Below are positions 60,257-64,000 of a DNA stretch of 64,000 nt, in pieces. The stretch covers positions 9,401-73,400 of the forward strand of contig JAQUQI010000006.1 of assembly GCA_028716165.1 (NCBI GenBank). Direction: 5' to 3'. How positions within the stretch are numbered: position 1 is the first letter of the stretch; each line of letters starts with the position of its first letter. Both the position numbers and the translations under genes were made by a program. The notes under the pieces are model-generated. The model was not told the DNA's origin. It did not search any database and worked only from the letters and a program-made list of their open reading frames with translations. This DNA is from Candidatus Omnitrophota bacterium (GTDB taxonomy: Bacteria; Omnitrophota; Gorgyraeia; JABMRG01).

Positions 60257-60738
60257 AAAAGATATGGGCCCCGTGGAGAAGCAAGTTTATATGCGCCGGC
60301 AGGCAAAAAAAAGCCTGTATCTTCTGCCGCGCGGCGATATCAAAGGATCATAAAAAAAATCTTATTGTGGACAGTTCAAGATATTCTTTCTCCATGCTCA
60401 ATCTTTATCCCTATAATAATGGCCATATGATGGTTGCCCCAAAATCCCACAAACCAGGTCTTGAACAGCTTTCCCCCGCAGAACTTACGGACATTATGGG
60501 ATTATTGAAAAAGACAATAGCCCTTCTGCGAAAGACGCTTTTCCCCGAAGGTTTTAATATAGGCATAAATACAGGCAAGGCCGCGGGCGCGGGCTTTCCG
60601 GGGCATTTGCACATACACGTAGTGCCGAGGTGGACGGGGGACACGAATTTTATGCCTGTCTCGTCTGATACCAAGGTGATATCCGAATCTCTTGAAGCGC
60701 TTTATTGCAGATTGAGGAAGAATGTCAAAAAAAGCTGA
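60253..60738 (+). CDS. HIT-family nucleotide hydrolase/transferase
   Basis: NLYPYNNGHMMVAPKSH...AGAGFPGHLHIHVVPRWTGD (HxHxHxx histidine triad). Confidence 0.85.
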   Translation: MKKIWAPWRSKFICAGRQKKACIFCRAAISKDHKKNLIVDSSRYSFSMLNLYPYNNGHMMVAPKSHKPGLEQLSPAELTDIMGLLKKTIALLRKTLFPEGFNIGINTGKAAGAGFPGHLHIHVVPRWTGDTNFMPVSSDTKVISESLEALYCRLRKNVKKS

Positions 60739-61879
60739 TATAACGGTTTTATCAGAAAGCCGCCTTGCCCCCTATGCCGCTAGTTACGCGACGAGCAGAG
60801 GCAGGCGGCATAAAGAGGACGAGCACAGATACAGGTATTTTTATCAGAGAGACCGCGAACGGATAATACATACCACAGCTTTCAGGCGCCTTGAATATAA
60901 AACGCAGGTTTTTGTAAACCATGAGGGCGATTATTACCGCACAAGGCTTACGCATACTATTGAGGTCTCTCAAATAGCCAGGACAATAGCCCGCGCGCTT
61001 TCTCTTAATGAAGACCTTACTGAAGCCATCGCTTTAGCCCATGATCTCGGACATACGCCTTTTGGCCATTCGGGCGAGGAGACCTTAGACCGGCTTATGA
61101 AAGACTGCGGCGGTTTTGATCACAATATACAGAGCCTAAGGGTGGTTGACGTCCTTGAACAGAGATACCCTGATTTTGAAGGTTTAAACCTTACGTTTGA
61201 AGTCCGCGAAGGTATTGTAAGGCATAATAGTTCGTTTGATAATCCGCCGGTGAAAGAAGAGTTCGCCTGTTCGCCCATGCCTACCCTGGAAGCGCAGGTA
61301 GTTGATCTGTCTGACGAGATAGCATATTACAGCCACGATATAGATGACGGCCTGCGCAGCAGGATATTGTCCGAACAGGCTATTTCAGAACTGGAGATAT
61401 GCAAGTCGGTAAACTTTAACGTAAAAGGCCAGGACTCTTACACGCAAAGCGAACAGAAGAGATACCAATTAGCCAAGGGTATTATCAACGCATTCGTGTC
61501 TGATCTTGTTGATAACACAAACACCCGCATAAGTAAGTTTAATATATCCACCTACGAAAAGGCCAGGCAGTGCCCTGAAAAGATAGTGCAGTTTTCGGCG
61601 CCCATAAACAGGCAAAGGGCCGAGTTGAGGGATTTTCTCTTTGAAAATTTTTACAGGCATTACCGTGTTATGCGCATGGCAAACAAGGCAAAATTTTTTA
61701 TTGAAAAATTATTTGAGCTTTATTGCGACAATCCGGTACTTCTGCCCGGTATATACGCGAAAAAGGCTATGGATCAGGCCTTACGGCGCGCGGTGATATG
61801 CGATTATATAGCCGGCATGACGGACAGATACGCTCTTGACGAGTATAAGAAGCTTTTTCAGCCATATGAGAGGGTGTGA
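60722..61879 (+). CDS. dGTPase-family HD phosphohydrolase (dGTP triphosphohydrolase-like)
   Basis: YFYQRDRERIIHTTAFRRLEYKTQVFVNHEGDYYRTRLTHTIEVSQIARTIA...AHDLGHTPFGHSGEE. Confidence 0.88.
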   Translation: MSKKADITVLSESRLAPYAASYATSRGRRHKEDEHRYRYFYQRDRERIIHTTAFRRLEYKTQVFVNHEGDYYRTRLTHTIEVSQIARTIARALSLNEDLTEAIALAHDLGHTPFGHSGEETLDRLMKDCGGFDHNIQSLRVVDVLEQRYPDFEGLNLTFEVREGIVRHNSSFDNPPVKEEFACSPMPTLEAQVVDLSDEIAYYSHDIDDGLRSRILSEQAISELEICKSVNFNVKGQDSYTQSEQKRYQLAKGIINAFVSDLVDNTNTRISKFNISTYEKARQCPEKIVQFSAPINRQRAELRDFLFENFYRHYRVMRMANKAKFFIEKLFELYCDNPVLLPGIYAKKAMDQALRRAVICDYIAGMTDRYALDEYKKLFQPYERV

Positions 61880-63402
61880 TGATAAAAAAGAATATGCGCG
61901 ATAAAAATACGGGTTTTATGGAAAGCCTGACCCAGAACAGGTCTTTTAAAGAACTACAGTTTTTATTTGACAGATTATTGGCAAGGCCGATGTGGTGGTT
62001 TTTAGAAAAGAAGGCCCAGTCTAATATCAAGCCTTTTTTGAGCGCTAAAAGGCCGAAGGAGGCGCAGGATTATCTCCGGTTAGCTGACTACAAGAGCGAT
62101 ATATTACGTGCCATAGCGCGCGCTGCAAGGTCTATGAATGCCGTAAGTTTTGAATTGCCCAAAGACGCCGCTTTTGGTGTTGCCATACCTGTTGTCAGGG
62201 GCTCAAAACTCGCGGGGTTTTTTGGTTTGTCCGGCCTCAAGTCACCATTAAGCGATTCATTGCTCGGCTTACTGCTGGCTTATAGCAGGTCAATAACCGG
62301 GCTGATAGACAAAGAAGCTGAATTGGCCAGATTATATGAACTTGTAAGGCCAAGGGCCATAGCGCTTTCAACGGTGCATACCATACACAGGCTTATAAGC
62401 TCCACGCTTGATATAAAAGAGTTGTTCCCAAAGATTGCGCGATTAAGCCTGCAGATATTAAAAGCAGAAAGAGTGCGGATATGCATTTTGAACCAGGATT
62501 CAAAAGAGTTAGAGTGCGTCGCTTCAATAGATTATCGCAAGAGCAATGACCTTTTCAAGCTTAATGCCCATCCGACGCCGATTGAGAGCAGGGTCTTTAA
62601 GACAGGCAGGTCTGTCTATAAAAAAAATATCCTGTGCGTTCCTCTTGTTGACGAGGAAATATGCGGTGTCATCGCGGTCAGGGACAAGGCGGACAAGAAA
62701 AAATTTTCCATATTTGACCATGAGATCATTACCACGCTTGCCGAGCAGGCGGCGATAGCCATAAGGAATGCCCAATTATATAAAGAACAGGAAGACCTTA
62801 CTGCCGGAACCATAAAATCACTCGGATATCTTCTGGATGCCAAATTCCCCGGGCTCTATACCCACACGGGCCTTTTTAAAGATCTTATGCTTGAATTAGG
62901 CAAGCAGATAGGCCTGGCAAAAAGGGAGTTGAAGATGCTTTATTATTCCGCGCTTTTACCTGACCTTGGAAAGCTTGTCGTGCCTACCGAGATACTGCAA
63001 AAGAAGAAGGCCCTTAATAAAGTAGAAAGAAAAATGATCAAAACCCATACTGTCAGGGGCATAGAAGTTCTTAAATATATAGGGGTATTAAAACCGGTTG
63101 TGCCTATAATACTGCATCACCATGAAAAATATAATGGGACAGGCTATCCCGATCGGCTTAGGGGCCGGCATATCCCGTTGGGCTCAAGGATCATGGCCGT
63201 GGTGGATGCCTTTGAGGCAATGATATGCCACAGGCCGTATCGCGAACCCATGCCGTTCAGGATGGCTGTTTCGGAGATAAGAAGGCAGTCCGGCAGGCAG
63301 TTTGATCCGGACATAGTTGATTCTTTCGTAGCTATAGCCAAAGACGGCAGGCTTGAACTTATCGTAAGCAGGTATGCCCAGGAACTCAAACAGGCATTAT
63401 GA
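61876..63402 (+). CDS. GAF-domain protein with a C-terminal HD-GYP domain whose HD dyad reads PD
   Basis: HHHEKYNGTGYPDRLRGRHIPLGSRIMAVVDAFEAM HD-GYP signature; upstream SALLPDLGK where the family has ALLHDIGK; N-terminal GAF-like region. Confidence 0.8.
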   Translation: MMIKKNMRDKNTGFMESLTQNRSFKELQFLFDRLLARPMWWFLEKKAQSNIKPFLSAKRPKEAQDYLRLADYKSDILRAIARAARSMNAVSFELPKDAAFGVAIPVVRGSKLAGFFGLSGLKSPLSDSLLGLLLAYSRSITGLIDKEAELARLYELVRPRAIALSTVHTIHRLISSTLDIKELFPKIARLSLQILKAERVRICILNQDSKELECVASIDYRKSNDLFKLNAHPTPIESRVFKTGRSVYKKNILCVPLVDEEICGVIAVRDKADKKKFSIFDHEIITTLAEQAAIAIRNAQLYKEQEDLTAGTIKSLGYLLDAKFPGLYTHTGLFKDLMLELGKQIGLAKRELKMLYYSALLPDLGKLVVPTEILQKKKALNKVERKMIKTHTVRGIEVLKYIGVLKPVVPIILHHHEKYNGTGYPDRLRGRHIPLGSRIMAVVDAFEAMICHRPYREPMPFRMAVSEIRRQSGRQFDPDIVDSFVAIAKDGRLELIVSRYAQELKQAL

Positions 63403-64000
63403 TATTAATGAAAAAAACGGCGACCCTTATTGTCGTATTCCTTGCTTTTATCTGCGCCGTATTTGTCTTTAGGTCCGCCTTGTTAAAATATGCCATTGAA
63501 TCCGCCCTGGCCCGCGGTGGTTGCAGTGCCGTGGTAAAAAAAACCGGTATAAACCCTGATTTAAGCATATGGCTTGAGGGGCTTGATGCGCAGGGCAAAG
63601 GCAATATAGGTTTTTATGCCTCCGGCGGGAACATAAAACTGGAATTCAAAGATTTTTGGAAAAAAGGCCTGCGGATTAAATTTGATTTACGCGATGTCAG
63701 CATCCCGCGCGACCGCTGCGGGATTATGGGTAAAATCTTAAATGCCGTCTCGCTTCCCGATACCGGCGTGTTGGAATTTTCTTCGGTCAATGGCACGCTA
63801 TATAAAAGGCCGGGGCGGTTTACGGTAGGCTCGTTTAACGCCGATGGAGAGCTTATCAGGATAAAAGCGGACGGCGTCATGGACGAAAAACTCGCAGACT
63901 ACAGGATAACACTATTGTTTTCCAGGCTTTTGGTAGCGCGTATCCCTGAAGTGATAAGCAAGGTTTTTTTTAAGCAGTCGGGTGATTGGTTTGAGGCGGA
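63399..64000 (+). CDS. N-terminally anchored membrane protein (possibly AsmA-like), 5' part only; runs off the window end; absent from the ORF track
   Basis: Manual translation MILMKKTATLIVVFLAFICAVFVFRSALLKY... stays open to nt 64000; ATGA overlap with the HD-GYP gene. Confidence 0.5.
   Translation, partial: MILMKKTATLIVVFLAFICAVFVFRSALLKYAIESALARGGCSAVVKKTGINPDLSIWLEGLDAQGKGNIGFYASGGNIKLEFKDFWKKGLRIKFDLRDVSIPRDRCGIMGKILNAVSLPDTGVLEFSSVNGTLYKRPGRFTVGSFNADGELIRIKADGVMDEKLADYRITLLFSRLLVARIPEVISKVFFKQSGDWFEA

Noticed and set aside
1-64000. CRISPR arrays, IS elements or other multi-copy repeats
   Set aside because: Scanning by eye found no regularly spaced short direct repeats and no transposase-like ORFs. 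The only exact repeat noted is the 48-mer at the tRNA.

Overview
This 64-kb window comes from a bacterial chromosome. Every confidently called gene lies on the + strand, and many neighbours overlap by 4 nt (ATGA/GTGA), suggesting long co-transcribed strings.

Positions 1-22704 are the classic str/S10/spc/alpha ribosomal super-operon. The order is rpoC (3' part), rpsL, rpsG, fusA, tuf, rpsJ, rplC, rplD, rplW, rplB, rpsS, rplV, rpsC, rplP, rpmC, rpsQ, rplN, rplX, rplE, rpsN (zinc type), rpsH, rplF, rplR, rpsE, rplO, secY, adk, map, infA, rpmJ, rpsM, rpsK, rpsD, rpoA, rplQ. rpmJ (L36) was missed by the ORF track because it is under 60 aa. There is no rpmD (L30) between rpsE and rplO. Several ribosomal proteins carry C4/C3H zinc ribbons and Lys-rich C-terminal tails.

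Downstream lie:
- a metabolic block: AspB-type aminotransferase, LeuC/LeuD-type dehydratase pair, malate dehydrogenase, then dihydrolipoyl dehydrogenase, LipB, an 80-aa free-standing lipoyl-domain protein and an AlaC-like aminotransferase;
- a glycolipid/envelope block: GT28 MGDG-synthase-like, LpxL-family acyltransferase, GT2, PF06695 membrane protein, NYN protein;
- a cobalamin-uptake block: BtuF/C/D-like ABC transporter, then a near-consensus sigma70 promoter, an AdoCbl riboswitch with intrinsic terminator, a second truncated riboswitch-like element, a TonB-dependent receptor and a TonB-like gene;
- rpsU with its own promoter, followed by a coupled M16 peptidase - MEMO1 - patatin trio, DUF1844-rmuC, aroQ-pepP-efp-accB-accC, pfk, and gmhA-rfaE-hyp-thiC-pfkB kinase;
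- tRNA-Gly(CCC), whose 3' end is duplicated as an exact 48-bp direct repeat 142 bp downstream, which looks like an att-type scar;
- then an overlapping chain of eight or more genes: NlpD-like LysM/M23 lipoprotein, Arch_ATPase/DUF234 NTPase, YfcE phosphoesterase, archaeal-type ThyA homologue, HIT, dGTPase-like HD protein, GAF-HD-GYP (with HD changed to PD), and an N-terminally anchored membrane protein running off the window end.

No CRISPR array, transposase or integrase was seen. All calls rest on reading the sequence and recalled family signatures. No database search was run.
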